A DNA stretch of 63,380 bases from Bacteroidales bacterium UBA1182. GTDB taxonomy: Bacteria > Bacteroidota > Bacteroidia > Bacteroidales > Bacteroidaceae. The stretch is taken from NCBI GenBank assembly GCA_002310015.1, contig DBYQ01000058.1, positions 1 through 63,380 on the forward strand, written 5' to 3'. The position numbers and the translations under genes were made by a program. The notes beneath the pieces are model-generated. The model did no database searches. It saw only the letters and a program-made list of their open reading frames with translations, and had not been told where the DNA came from. Shown piece after piece: positions 24,330-33,577 of the stretch. How positions within the stretch are numbered: the first letter of the stretch is position 1; each line of letters opens with the position of its first letter.

Positions 24330-24460
24330 AGGCGCTTCGCTTGGTGAAAGCGTCCCTTCGGGCCGAGTGGAAAATTTGTATATTGGGGTTTTAACTTTGG
24401 GGATTAAACCTTATATATGTAGAAAGAATCAAATTATAAACCTTAAATACAATTAAGCAA

Positions 24461-25435
24461 ATGAGAAAATTTATGGTAGCCGCCATGATGCTTGCGGCAG
24501 TAAGCCTGTCAGTCAATGCGGCTAAGAAGGATAAGAAGGAGGCTTCAGAGCCTGTTCTTGGTATCAAATCAGGTGTTATAACTATGGCCAACAATATGGG
24601 CCAGTTCCAGGGCATGGGCGGCGGCGCCGGTTTCGGCGGTGGCGCAGGAATGGCTATGGGTGGCTTTGGCGGCGGTGCCGGTATGGGCATGGGCGGCGGC
24701 CAGCGTCCTCAGGGCCAGGGCGGCCAGGGCGGCCAGCGTCAGATGAACTTTGATCCCAGCACCATGGTTACCAAGATATATTTTGATGACTACGGTAAGA
24801 AGACTGTAACCGTTACCACACGTGGTGAGGCCGGTACAACCCGTTCACTCGCCATTGGTGAGGATAACTACCAGATCAACGACGCTGAGAAGAGCGCTAC
24901 CAAGATGCCATCATTTGGCGGACGTCGTGGCGGTCAGGGCGGCGGTGGCGGCCGTGGCATGGGTATGGGCATGGGTATGATGGGCGGCATGGGCGCTCAG
25001 ACCACTCCTATGTTCGACTGGGAAAATCTGGATGCCAAGACCATCAAGAAGAACAAGATCAAGGAGCTTGGTGAGGAGGAAGTTGCAGGCGTAATGTGCA
25101 AGATGTACTCCATCACTCAGAGCAACCAGGGTTATTCAACACAGATGACCCTCTGGATATACAAGAACCTCACTATGAAGAGCGAGACCGTAACTGATTA
25201 CGGCACAATGGGCCAGACTGTTGAGAAGCTTGAAGAGACCGATGTTGATCCCGCACTGTTTGAACTCCCCAAGGATTACAAGGTAGAGGAGATGCAGATG
25301 GGTAACTTTGGCGGCGGCATGGGAGGCGGCTTCGGCGGCGGCATGGGCGGCGGTGACTTCGGTGGCGGCGGCTTTGGTGGCGGTGCCGGTGGATTCGGCG
25401 GTGGCATGGGCGGCGGCTTTGGCGGCGGCTTCTAA
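24461..25435 (+). CDS. secreted protein with three Gly/Met/Phe-rich low-complexity modules
   Basis: Signal peptide. Low-complexity blocks at aa 47-93, 151-179 and 281-324 (GGGAGFGGGAGM..., GGGMGGGFGGG...) interrupt a globular beta-rich domain. Confidence 0.7.
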   Translation: MRKFMVAAMMLAAVSLSVNAAKKDKKEASEPVLGIKSGVITMANNMGQFQGMGGGAGFGGGAGMAMGGFGGGAGMGMGGGQRPQGQGGQGGQRQMNFDPSTMVTKIYFDDYGKKTVTVTTRGEAGTTRSLAIGEDNYQINDAEKSATKMPSFGGRRGGQGGGGGRGMGMGMGMMGGMGAQTTPMFDWENLDAKTIKKNKIKELGEEEVAGVMCKMYSITQSNQGYSTQMTLWIYKNLTMKSETVTDYGTMGQTVEKLEETDVDPALFELPKDYKVEEMQMGNFGGGMGGGFGGGMGGGDFGGGGFGGGAGGFGGGMGGGFGGGF

Positions 25436-25437
25436 TC

Positions 25438-25582
25438 AATTGAGAATTGAAAATTGAAAATTGAAAATTACATGCACTTGCGTAAAAAGCACCTGCGTTA
25501 ATTCCCGCGACATTAAGAAAGGGTTCGGAGACTTCCGAACCCTTTCTTATAATTTTCAATTTTCAATTCTCAATTTTCAATT
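25438..25582. repeat. heptamer-armed cassette H5 (module A, inverted relative to H1)
   Basis: Left arm aattgagaattgaaaattgaaaattgaaaatt, then gcacctgcgtta and cccgcgacatt boxes, a hairpin, and right arm aattttcaattttcaattctcaattttcaatt. Confidence 0.9.
25515..25548. terminator. bidirectional terminator hairpin (cassette core)
   Basis: aagaaagggttcggagacttccgaaccctttctt between convergent genes. Confidence 0.6.
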
Positions 25583-26396
25583 CGTACTTCGTTACTCCGT
25601 AGCCGAACCAATATCCCAGAGCCCCATCAAGATTACCCACAACATTATAGGAGTAGGGAATGAGTGCCAATGAACCAAAGGCGGAATTTTCACCGAACTT
25701 ACTCCAGAACTCGTATGCGGAGGCGTCAATGGCAGCTAATTTGAATGATACGCTGTCATTATACCTATGATACAGTTGCTGCGATCGGAAGGGGTTGCTG
25801 TCACCGCGGTTTACAAAAACCAGTTCATCTTCTTTAATAAGTTCCCTGTCATAGAGGCCCAGGAATGATGCGTTGTAGGTGGAGTCCTGACCGATTACCT
25901 TGGTAAAGAAACGGTAATATCGGTTTTCATCAGGCTTGATATGTGCCTTAAGGACGTATAGCGTATCATCATCTTCAGATACTTTTACCGATATGGAATC
26001 AATGGAGCCGGGAGTCTTTATTGAGGTGGTTCCCGATGCTGTCATGCCGTTCCAGGATACATCAAGCCTATATTCTCCACCCACAACTCCCTTGAGAGCA
26101 TTGTTGGTATAATAGAGCCCGAGCAGGTAATCCTGAGTGAATGTAGGCAGGAGCTTGTATGTCTGCTCATTATATGTGACTGTAACCTGGGCGTTCCATG
26201 CAAGATGCCCAATGAGGTCAGCGGCGTTCTGGGATTTCTCAGTAGCGGCTACGGTTGAGGTGACAAAGACCACAGGAGACTCTCCGTTCTCTATCCAGCC
26301 CTCTACGACAAGCTGGTCTGGATATTCCTTGAGACGGTCTGTCATGCAGGAGCATATCAGAAGCAGTGCGGATAATATGGCAATATATCTTTTCAT
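25563..26396 (-). CDS. DUF4249-like lipoprotein
   Basis: Lipobox LLLICSC. Positioned directly downstream of a TonB-dependent receptor, as is typical for DUF4249. The C-terminus KIEN and the stop are encoded by the heptamer array. Confidence 0.55.
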   Translation of the reverse strand: MKRYIAILSALLLICSCMTDRLKEYPDQLVVEGWIENGESPVVFVTSTVAATEKSQNAADLIGHLAWNAQVTVTYNEQTYKLLPTFTQDYLLGLYYTNNALKGVVGGEYRLDVSWNGMTASGTTSIKTPGSIDSISVKVSEDDDTLYVLKAHIKPDENRYYRFFTKVIGQDSTYNASFLGLYDRELIKEDELVFVNRGDSNPFRSQQLYHRYNDSVSFKLAAIDASAYEFWSKFGENSAFGSLALIPYSYNVVGNLDGALGYWFGYGVTKYELKIEN

Positions 26397-26398
26397 AT

Positions 26399-28396
26399 TC
26401 AGAAATGGCAGTTGTAACTGATTGACGGCATGACGGGGATGATGAAACATGCCATGTGGTACTTGAATGACATATCATCCTCATCAACCTTGATATAACC
26501 CATGGTCTCATTACTGTGGGCGGTGGCGTTATATAATGAGAGGTTCACTGAATGACGGTATCTGCCGCGTGACTTTAGGTGGTAGGTGGCAGAGAGGTCT
26601 AGCCTGACATAGGGATTGAGCTGGCCTGAATTGAAATCGTCATATTGAATGATGACGCTGTTGGATATGAAGTAGAGGTTACGGGGCGGAGTGAAAGGGT
26701 TGCCCGATGCCGCCACGAATGATCCGCCAAACTCATACCTGCCTGTGGCATAGTTTATTACGGCGTTGAACTCATGCTGCCGCTCATGGGATGACGGAAA
26801 CAGCTTGGGGTAACTGATGCCGTCACCTTCACGCAGCGAACGTCCGTAGGAGTAGCTTATCCAGCCTGTAAGCCGGCCGGCCTGACGGGCAAGCATGACA
26901 CTTGCGCCGTAGTTGTAACCGGATGATACATGTATGTTGTTATCAAGACTGTACGGACGTGTGAGCAGGTCAACCAGGAAACCGGTGTATTCAATCTGGT
27001 TATGGAGCCTGTGTGCATAGGCCTGGACGGTGAGTGAGTATTTCTCATCCAGGAATGATTTCTCATAAGTGAGGGTGGTGAAGAGTGACTCCTGAGGCTT
27101 GAAGTATCGGCCGGCAGCAATCCAGAACTCTATGGGTAGGCTGCAGTCTGTCATTCCTGTCTGGGCCAGATACTGATGCCTGATGCCGGCATCGAGTGTT
27201 ATGACACCATATCTGAATAGGTCGTACTGCAGATTGACGGCAGGGTCAAGATTAAAATAGTTGTATCCTGCCGCTTCACTGTAGGCCGATGTAATCAGGC
27301 TGGGGGTAAGACTGAAAGAGTGGCCCAGTGTAAAGCGTTTGTCCAGGTAGATATCGGCCTCAAATGCATGCTGGTTTTCCTGGCCTGAGGTGCCGGCCTT
27401 GTTGCTTGAAACAGAGGGGTCCTGAGGCAGTATGTCATAATATGAAAGGGAGGCGTTAAGCTTTATGTCATGGGCTAACCTGTTATCGGATTTGATGCCG
27501 TAATGGATGGTATGGGCAGGCATCACTCCCTTGGTGGTCTCCTGATAGATGTGTCCGTCAAGCATGAACCCTGACATGAAAACCGATGTTGAGGTTGACC
27601 ATCCATCTTTACTGTGTCTCCATCGGGCGGCGGCAAAGGCATTGCCCCAGTCTGCACCTACATTCATCTTGTAATCAGCATAGTTGCACTCACCACGGTC
27701 ATGGCTGAAGAACACGTTGACATCAAATGTGTTATGATTGTCCGGCTTGTAGAGGAACGTGAGGTTGGCATCAGTGAAGCCGTAACGTAGAGGGTTGCCG
27801 TTGAATTGGAGCAGGTTACCGTAAAAGGTGTTGATGAATGTTCTCCTGGCGGAGAGTGACAGCGCGGTTTTGCCGGTCAATGGGGTGATGATGTTGAACT
27901 GGGCTGATATAAGTCCTAACGTGGCTGTACCGGATAGTAAGTGAGGGATGGTGTCATCAGGTTCCAGACTCAACTGTCCGCCCAGGAATGAGCTGTTGGT
28001 GACATTGCGGAAGGTGACATCGGGAAAATGGTCCTGATTGAAGGTGGAGAACAAGCCGGAGAAATGGGATGAGCCATAAACCGGAACGCCAGACAGCAGG
28101 AACTGGTTGTGATAGTTCTCACATCCATGTACGTGCAGACCGCCTGCGCTCTCTGAATTGGTGCTGATGCCGGGTAATGACTGCAGGTATCTCATGGGGT
28201 CTGTATATCCAAACAGCTTGGGGTAATTGTCCATAATGCGGGCGTCAATCCTGATGCCGCTTGTGATGCTGCCGGATATGGCTGAGTAGTTACGGTGGGC
28301 GGAGAGGGTTACCTCATCAAGCATGATCTCTAAGGTATCACTCTGGGCTAAGGCATTGGACGTAAAGGAGAATGTCAATACCATAAGCACTGACAT
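26399..28396 (-). CDS. TonB-dependent receptor
   Basis: Plug motifs DPMRYLQSLPGIS and GGLHVHG, a long beta-barrel region, and a C-terminal aromatic residue (ends NCHF). Start uncertain: ATG at 28396 or TTG at 28444. Confidence 0.75.
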   Translation of the reverse strand: MSVLMVLTFSFTSNALAQSDTLEIMLDEVTLSAHRNYSAISGSITSGIRIDARIMDNYPKLFGYTDPMRYLQSLPGISTNSESAGGLHVHGCENYHNQFLLSGVPVYGSSHFSGLFSTFNQDHFPDVTFRNVTNSSFLGGQLSLEPDDTIPHLLSGTATLGLISAQFNIITPLTGKTALSLSARRTFINTFYGNLLQFNGNPLRYGFTDANLTFLYKPDNHNTFDVNVFFSHDRGECNYADYKMNVGADWGNAFAAARWRHSKDGWSTSTSVFMSGFMLDGHIYQETTKGVMPAHTIHYGIKSDNRLAHDIKLNASLSYYDILPQDPSVSSNKAGTSGQENQHAFEADIYLDKRFTLGHSFSLTPSLITSAYSEAAGYNYFNLDPAVNLQYDLFRYGVITLDAGIRHQYLAQTGMTDCSLPIEFWIAAGRYFKPQESLFTTLTYEKSFLDEKYSLTVQAYAHRLHNQIEYTGFLVDLLTRPYSLDNNIHVSSGYNYGASVMLARQAGRLTGWISYSYGRSLREGDGISYPKLFPSSHERQHEFNAVINYATGRYEFGGSFVAASGNPFTPPRNLYFISNSVIIQYDDFNSGQLNPYVRLDLSATYHLKSRGRYRHSVNLSLYNATAHSNETMGYIKVDEDDMSFKYHMACFIIPVMPSISYNCHF

Positions 28397-28440
28397 AGTC
28401 CTTTTTAATCTTGCTCCTAAATATGTATTATATCTGATTG

Positions 28441-30534
28441 TCAATGTATTATCTCAAGTTGTCTGAGTAAAGCTTCAGGTTCGGGGTCATGGCCTCTGAA
28501 ATCACGGTACAACTGGGCGGCATCGATGCTGCCGCCTGATTCCAGAAGATGGCGGAACTTGCCTGCGGTCTCCTTGTCAAATATACCTTTCTCCTCAAAG
28601 AGACTGAAACCGTCGGCGGCAAGTACCTCTGCCCACTTGTATGAGTAGTAGCCTGCCGCATACCCACCGCTGAAAAGGTGTGATATTGAGGTTGATATGA
28701 TGCAATCGGGTACAGAGGGCAGGACATCGGTCGGTTTGAGGACACTTTTCTCAAAATCAAGGACAGACTGGTCAGGCAAGGCGGTAAGTGTATGCCATGA
28801 CATATCCAGAATGCCGAACTGAATCTGTCGCATATGATAGTAGGCTGACATATAGTTCTTGGAGGCCTTAATCTTGGCTATCAGAGAGTCGGGGAGAGGC
28901 TGGCCTGTCTGATAGTGCTTGGCAAAGGTGGTGAGATACTCTTTCTCATATGCCCAGTTCTCCATGATCTGTGAGGGCAGCTCAACAAAGTCATGATCAA
29001 CGTTGGTGCAGGTGAGCGAGGGGTATCGGCCCTTGGCCAGGATGCCGTGCAGCGAGTGCCCGAACTCATGGAGCATGGTGGTGAATTCATCATGTGTTAT
29101 GAGTGAGGGGGTATCGGCAGTAGGCTTGGTGAAGTTGGTTACAAGGCTTATGAAGGGACGCTCCTCAATGCCGTTCTCAATCTTGAGACCACGGAACTGG
29201 GTCATCCAGGCTCCGTTGCGCTTGCTGGCACGCGGGAAGAAATCAGCATAGAACAGTGCCAGGAATGAGCCATCGGCATCACGAACCTCATAAGCCTTTA
29301 CATCAGGATGATATACGGGGACATCGGCAGGCTTGAAGGTGATTCCGTACAGGCGATTGGCAAGACTGAAAATGGCGTCTATGCAATCCTCAAGACGGAA
29401 ATACGGCTTAAGTTCCTCATCTGAAAGATTATATTGACTGATGCGCTGTTTCTCATTGTAGTAGCTGAAATCCCATGGCATAAGCTCATCGGCCTCAAAT
29501 CCTATTGTTTTGGCGTACCGGTTTAGTTGGGCAAGCTCATCCTTGGCTACCGGCAGGGCGGGATCCTTAAGCTTGTCAATAAACTCCCAGACGGCCTTGC
29601 CGCTGCCTACCATACGCATCTCAGTCTGGTAATCGGCATAATCCTTATAACCCAGCAGGGCGGCCTCCTTGTAGCGCAGGTCAACGATCTTGCGTATTAC
29701 CTCCGTGTTGTCAAACTCATCCTGGAAGGCACGGCGGTTATAGGCCCGATACATCTTCTCACGCAGGTCACGGCGGTCACTGAACTTGATGAATCCGCTG
29801 TAACTGGGGTAGGAGAGGTCAAAGAGCCAGCCTTCTGTATCCTTCTCTCTGGCAGCCTGAGCAGCCATGTCACGTATGTATCCGGGCAGACCTGCCAGAT
29901 CAGACTCTTGAGTAAGGACCATAGTGAAGGCATTGGTTGATGCCAGCAGATTACGGCCATATTGCAGCGTAAGCAGTGAGAGCTGTTCCTCATACTCACT
30001 GTAAGTTTTCTTGTCATCCTGGCTCAGGTTGGCTCCGTTGCGTTCAAATCCCTTGTACTGTTTTTTGAGCAGCATCTGCTGGTCAGGGGCAAGATCAAGT
30101 GAGTCACGCTGCTCATATACGGCTTTGACACGTTTGAAGAGCTTTTCATTGAGGCTCACATACATATCATATTCCGTAAGCATGGGTGATACTTTCTCTG
30201 CTATGTCCTGAAGCTCATCGTCTGAATCGGCCTCAAGTATATTGTAGAAGATGTCTGCTACGCTGTTGAGCCTGCTTCCGGCATATTCAAGCGCCTCGAC
30301 GGTGTTTTGGAACGTGGGGGCATCAGGGTTAGCTACAATGGCATCAATCTCCTGCTTGCCTTCCTTGATGGCTTGTTCAAAGGCCGGCAGATAGTGTCTG
30401 TTTTCAATCTTGTCAAACTGTGGCGCACCGAAAGGAAGTGCTGATTCTGTAAGTAAAGGGTTGTTCTGCATATTACATGCTGTTAGTGTTGCCAAAATGA
30501 CTGTTGTAAAAATATGGTTTCTTATTTTACCCAT
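28441..30534 (-). CDS. dcp: peptidyl-dipeptidase Dcp (M3 family)
   Basis: HEFGHSLH zinc motif with a downstream FVELPSQIMENW block. 697 aa with a lipoprotein-like N-terminus. Confidence 0.85.
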   Translation of the reverse strand: MGKIRNHIFTTVILATLTACNMQNNPLLTESALPFGAPQFDKIENRHYLPAFEQAIKEGKQEIDAIVANPDAPTFQNTVEALEYAGSRLNSVADIFYNILEADSDDELQDIAEKVSPMLTEYDMYVSLNEKLFKRVKAVYEQRDSLDLAPDQQMLLKKQYKGFERNGANLSQDDKKTYSEYEEQLSLLTLQYGRNLLASTNAFTMVLTQESDLAGLPGYIRDMAAQAAREKDTEGWLFDLSYPSYSGFIKFSDRRDLREKMYRAYNRRAFQDEFDNTEVIRKIVDLRYKEAALLGYKDYADYQTEMRMVGSGKAVWEFIDKLKDPALPVAKDELAQLNRYAKTIGFEADELMPWDFSYYNEKQRISQYNLSDEELKPYFRLEDCIDAIFSLANRLYGITFKPADVPVYHPDVKAYEVRDADGSFLALFYADFFPRASKRNGAWMTQFRGLKIENGIEERPFISLVTNFTKPTADTPSLITHDEFTTMLHEFGHSLHGILAKGRYPSLTCTNVDHDFVELPSQIMENWAYEKEYLTTFAKHYQTGQPLPDSLIAKIKASKNYMSAYYHMRQIQFGILDMSWHTLTALPDQSVLDFEKSVLKPTDVLPSVPDCIISTSISHLFSGGYAAGYYSYKWAEVLAADGFSLFEEKGIFDKETAGKFRHLLESGGSIDAAQLYRDFRGHDPEPEALLRQLEIIH

Positions 30535-30610
30535 TTAGTAAAAGATATTGCATAATAGTGAATGCGAAATTACAAAATAATACTACCTTTACGGAACTAA
30601 ACCTATAATT

Positions 30611-31882
30611 ATGTTTAAGAGATCCTTTTTAATGATTGTGGCAGCCGTGTTGCCGGCTGTTATGTTTGCGCAGATACCTGGTTATCGTGCCACGTATTTT
30701 GTGGATGGAAATGAGGAGAAAGACCAGTACCGTTCACATGTCTCACTTGAATCCTTGGAAGCAGGCGGTAGTGCCGTGTATGCTACAAATGGAGTACGTC
30801 TGGTGCTTACCCGTATTCGTCTGAACAAGACATCAGGCTCAATACCCGATGCTGACCGCCGTGAGACCGGAAAGAATTCCGTGGTCCTGGCCGATGGAGG
30901 CAGTAAAGTAACTATGGAGTTCTGTGAGGTTAACTCACATGCTCAGTCGGCCGATGGCGTGACTGCAAGCGGTGAGGGTACTAAAGTGACACTTCAGGAA
31001 GGAATGGTGAGCACCTCAAGAAACGGATCGGCTGCTCTCAATGCCACGAACAACAGTAAGATTATAGTACAAAAGACCATAGTAAATACCTATTCAAACC
31101 AAAGTCCTGCCTTTTACACTTGTAAGGATGGCACGATAGAGGTTACTGAAGCCAAGGGGGAAAACGCAGGTCAGGCAGCACCTTCATTTTATGTTTCAGG
31201 AGGTACTATAAAGGCTGAAAAATGTGAGCTGTCATCGGCCAAATGGACTATAGGAAGTCTTGATGATGGCCTGATGGAGCTTAATGAGAATAAGCTTAAG
31301 GCTGGCAGCGTATGCGGATTTCTGGTTTATGGAGCTGACGGCAAGCAGAGGGAAAAGCGTTCTGCCGGCACACTTATCCTTGATAAGAATGAGATAACCG
31401 TTACAGAAGGCCCGCTGCTTTTCGTAACCAATGCAGGCGGTACCATCTCGCTGTCACGCAATAAGATATCCTGCAAGAATGATGAGGTGATATCAGTTAA
31501 GGCCGATGAATGGGGCTCCAAGGGTTCAAATCAGGGTGATGCCACCATTGAGCTTGAGAAACAGGCCCTTAACGGCGATATCTATGTGGACAGCATAAGC
31601 AGCCTGGTGCTTACCCTTAAAAAGAGTGCCAAGCTGAACGGCAGCATCACCGGCAATGCCAGCGACAGCCGCAATGTGAAGGTGTTCATTAAAAAGGGTG
31701 CCAAATGGAACCTGAAAGGAGACTGCTATCTCTCTTCAATATCATTTGAGCAGCCTCTGGAAAAGGGACTCAAGCAGCTCAAGGGCAAGCATGTGATATA
31801 TTATGATCCCAACGTGGATACTGAGTTGGGTGGTAAGGAGTACAAGACTGGCGGCGGTGTGCTGCGTCCCATTAAAAAGTAA
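30611..31882 (+). CDS. secreted repeat protein, probable parallel beta-helix fold (hypothetical)
   Basis: Signal peptide. Periodic G-x-T/I-x-V/L segments (GGSKVTMEFCEV, GEGTKVTLQEG, KDGTIEVTEA, GGTIKAEKCEL, GGTISLSRNKI). No catalytic motif recognised. Confidence 0.4.
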   Translation: MFKRSFLMIVAAVLPAVMFAQIPGYRATYFVDGNEEKDQYRSHVSLESLEAGGSAVYATNGVRLVLTRIRLNKTSGSIPDADRRETGKNSVVLADGGSKVTMEFCEVNSHAQSADGVTASGEGTKVTLQEGMVSTSRNGSAALNATNNSKIIVQKTIVNTYSNQSPAFYTCKDGTIEVTEAKGENAGQAAPSFYVSGGTIKAEKCELSSAKWTIGSLDDGLMELNENKLKAGSVCGFLVYGADGKQREKRSAGTLILDKNEITVTEGPLLFVTNAGGTISLSRNKISCKNDEVISVKADEWGSKGSNQGDATIELEKQALNGDIYVDSISSLVLTLKKSAKLNGSITGNASDSRNVKVFIKKGAKWNLKGDCYLSSISFEQPLEKGLKQLKGKHVIYYDPNVDTELGGKEYKTGGGVLRPIKK

Positions 31883-31887
31883 CGCTT

Positions 31888-32331
31888 ATGAAAAGGATAT
31901 TATATTCTCTGTTGGCTTTGATACTATCTGTTCCGATGATGGCGGAGGACATTGACATAACTCTTGAGCAGTTGCCTCAGAAGGCACAGAGTATAATATC
32001 CAAGGCGTTCCCTGATGCCAAGATAAAGAAAACCAATATAGAACGCCGTGCCAGCCTTATACAGTATGAGGTGAAGCTGGCCGGCGGCATAAAGCTGCAG
32101 TTCCGCAAGGACGGCAGCCTGACGGAGTGCGAATGTACCAAGGATCCGGTTCCGGATGTCCTTATTCCGTCCAAGATCAGGGCATTCATCAAGAAGGAAT
32201 ACCCTGAGAGCAAAATAATGAGAATAGAGCATGACAGCAAATTATATGAAATAGATCTGGATGATGGCATTGAACTCAGTTTCAACAGTTCATACAGACT
32301 TATTGACATAGACCGTGTAGAACAGAAATGA
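31888..32331 (+). CDS. PepSY-like domain protein
   Basis: Signal peptide and two LP..(A/I)..FIKK.(F/Y)P...I......YE(V/I) repeats typical of PepSY-like beta-lactamase-inhibitor-like proteins. Confidence 0.55.
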   Translation: MKRILYSLLALILSVPMMAEDIDITLEQLPQKAQSIISKAFPDAKIKKTNIERRASLIQYEVKLAGGIKLQFRKDGSLTECECTKDPVPDVLIPSKIRAFIKKEYPESKIMRIEHDSKLYEIDLDDGIELSFNSSYRLIDIDRVEQK

Positions 32332-33515
32332 CAGCAATGATATTTGTAAGAAAGGCGATCAGGAGATGTGTGTTATTTGCATTTCTCCTCATTATGGTTT
32401 CATGTGAAAAGACTCAGGACCTTAGGAATGATACGACAAAAACCGTGTTGGTTTATATGGCCGCAGACAATAATCTTTCAGCTTTTGCCCGGAGGAACAT
32501 CTATTCAATGCGTAGTTCCATGGGCTCTGACCTGGATTTTGCCAACCTGCTGGTTTTTGTTGACAGACAAAGTGTAAATCCCGTGCTGTTGCACATTCAT
32601 GACTACAGGATTGATACCGTTAAGGTTTATGATAAACTGAACAGCGCGGATGCATCGGTACTGAAGGAGGTCATTGAAACTGTAACAGATAACTGGAAGG
32701 CCGAATCCTATGGCCTGGTCTTGTGGTCACACGGTATGGCATGGGTGCCTAAACCGCAGATGCATACTATTGCAAGTGACCAAGGATGGGCCCCGATGCG
32801 TGAGAGACCCAAGACAAAGACTTTTGCCGCAGAAAACCTGCCTGACGACAAATACACCTGTATGGAGATTGATGATCTTGTTGATGCCATTCCGGAGGGA
32901 GTATTTGATTACATTGCATTTGATGCATGTTATATGGGCAGTGTGGAGGTGGCTTATGCACTGAGGAACAAGACTAAATACATTATATCATCCAGCTGTG
33001 AGATTGTGGATGAGGGCTTTCCGTATGGGACCGTTACACGTGATTTCATAAACGGCAATCTCCTGAAGATGTGCAGCGAGTTCTATTCATATTATAACAG
33101 GCAATCAGGATGGCATCAGACTGCAAGCATATCGCTGGTTGATACGGATGGTCTGGATAGCCTTGCCAGGTGTTTCAGGAAGATAGTAGCTGCACATAAG
33201 AGTGAGATTCCCACATTGGACATAAGTGACATACAGCATTGTGACAGATTTAACAAACACATAATGTTTGACCTGGAGGATTTTGTGGATAAACTGGGAA
33301 CAGAGAGGGATGACCTTATGGAATTCCGCCTTCAGCTTGAAAAATGCATACTGTATAAGAATGCCACTCCATATATATGTCTGGATGATCCAAAGTGGAT
33401 AAAGATGGTATCATTCAGCGGATTAAGCGTCTATATTCCTTTGGAGACTTTTGAGGCATCGGGACTTAATGATGATTATCGGGATACGGAATGGAGTCGG
33501 GATACGGAGTATTAA
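32328..33515 (+). CDS. clostripain-family (C11) cysteine peptidase lipoprotein
   Basis: VLVYMAADNNLS, VLWSHGMAW (His) and FDACYMGSVEVAY (Cys). Lipobox MVSC. ATGA overlap with the upstream gene. Confidence 0.75.
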   Translation: MTAMIFVRKAIRRCVLFAFLLIMVSCEKTQDLRNDTTKTVLVYMAADNNLSAFARRNIYSMRSSMGSDLDFANLLVFVDRQSVNPVLLHIHDYRIDTVKVYDKLNSADASVLKEVIETVTDNWKAESYGLVLWSHGMAWVPKPQMHTIASDQGWAPMRERPKTKTFAAENLPDDKYTCMEIDDLVDAIPEGVFDYIAFDACYMGSVEVAYALRNKTKYIISSSCEIVDEGFPYGTVTRDFINGNLLKMCSEFYSYYNRQSGWHQTASISLVDTDGLDSLARCFRKIVAAHKSEIPTLDISDIQHCDRFNKHIMFDLEDFVDKLGTERDDLMEFRLQLEKCILYKNATPYICLDDPKWIKMVSFSGLSVYIPLETFEASGLNDDYRDTEWSRDTEY

Positions 33516-33546
33516 GAATTAAGAATTGAAAATTGAAAATTGAAAT
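33514..33546. repeat. solo heptamer array H6
   Basis: aagaattaagaattgaaaattgaaaattgaaat directly after the C11 stop, with no internal module. Confidence 0.85.
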
Positions 33547-33577
33547 AGATTACTAACTGATATTATATGTCCTTTTT

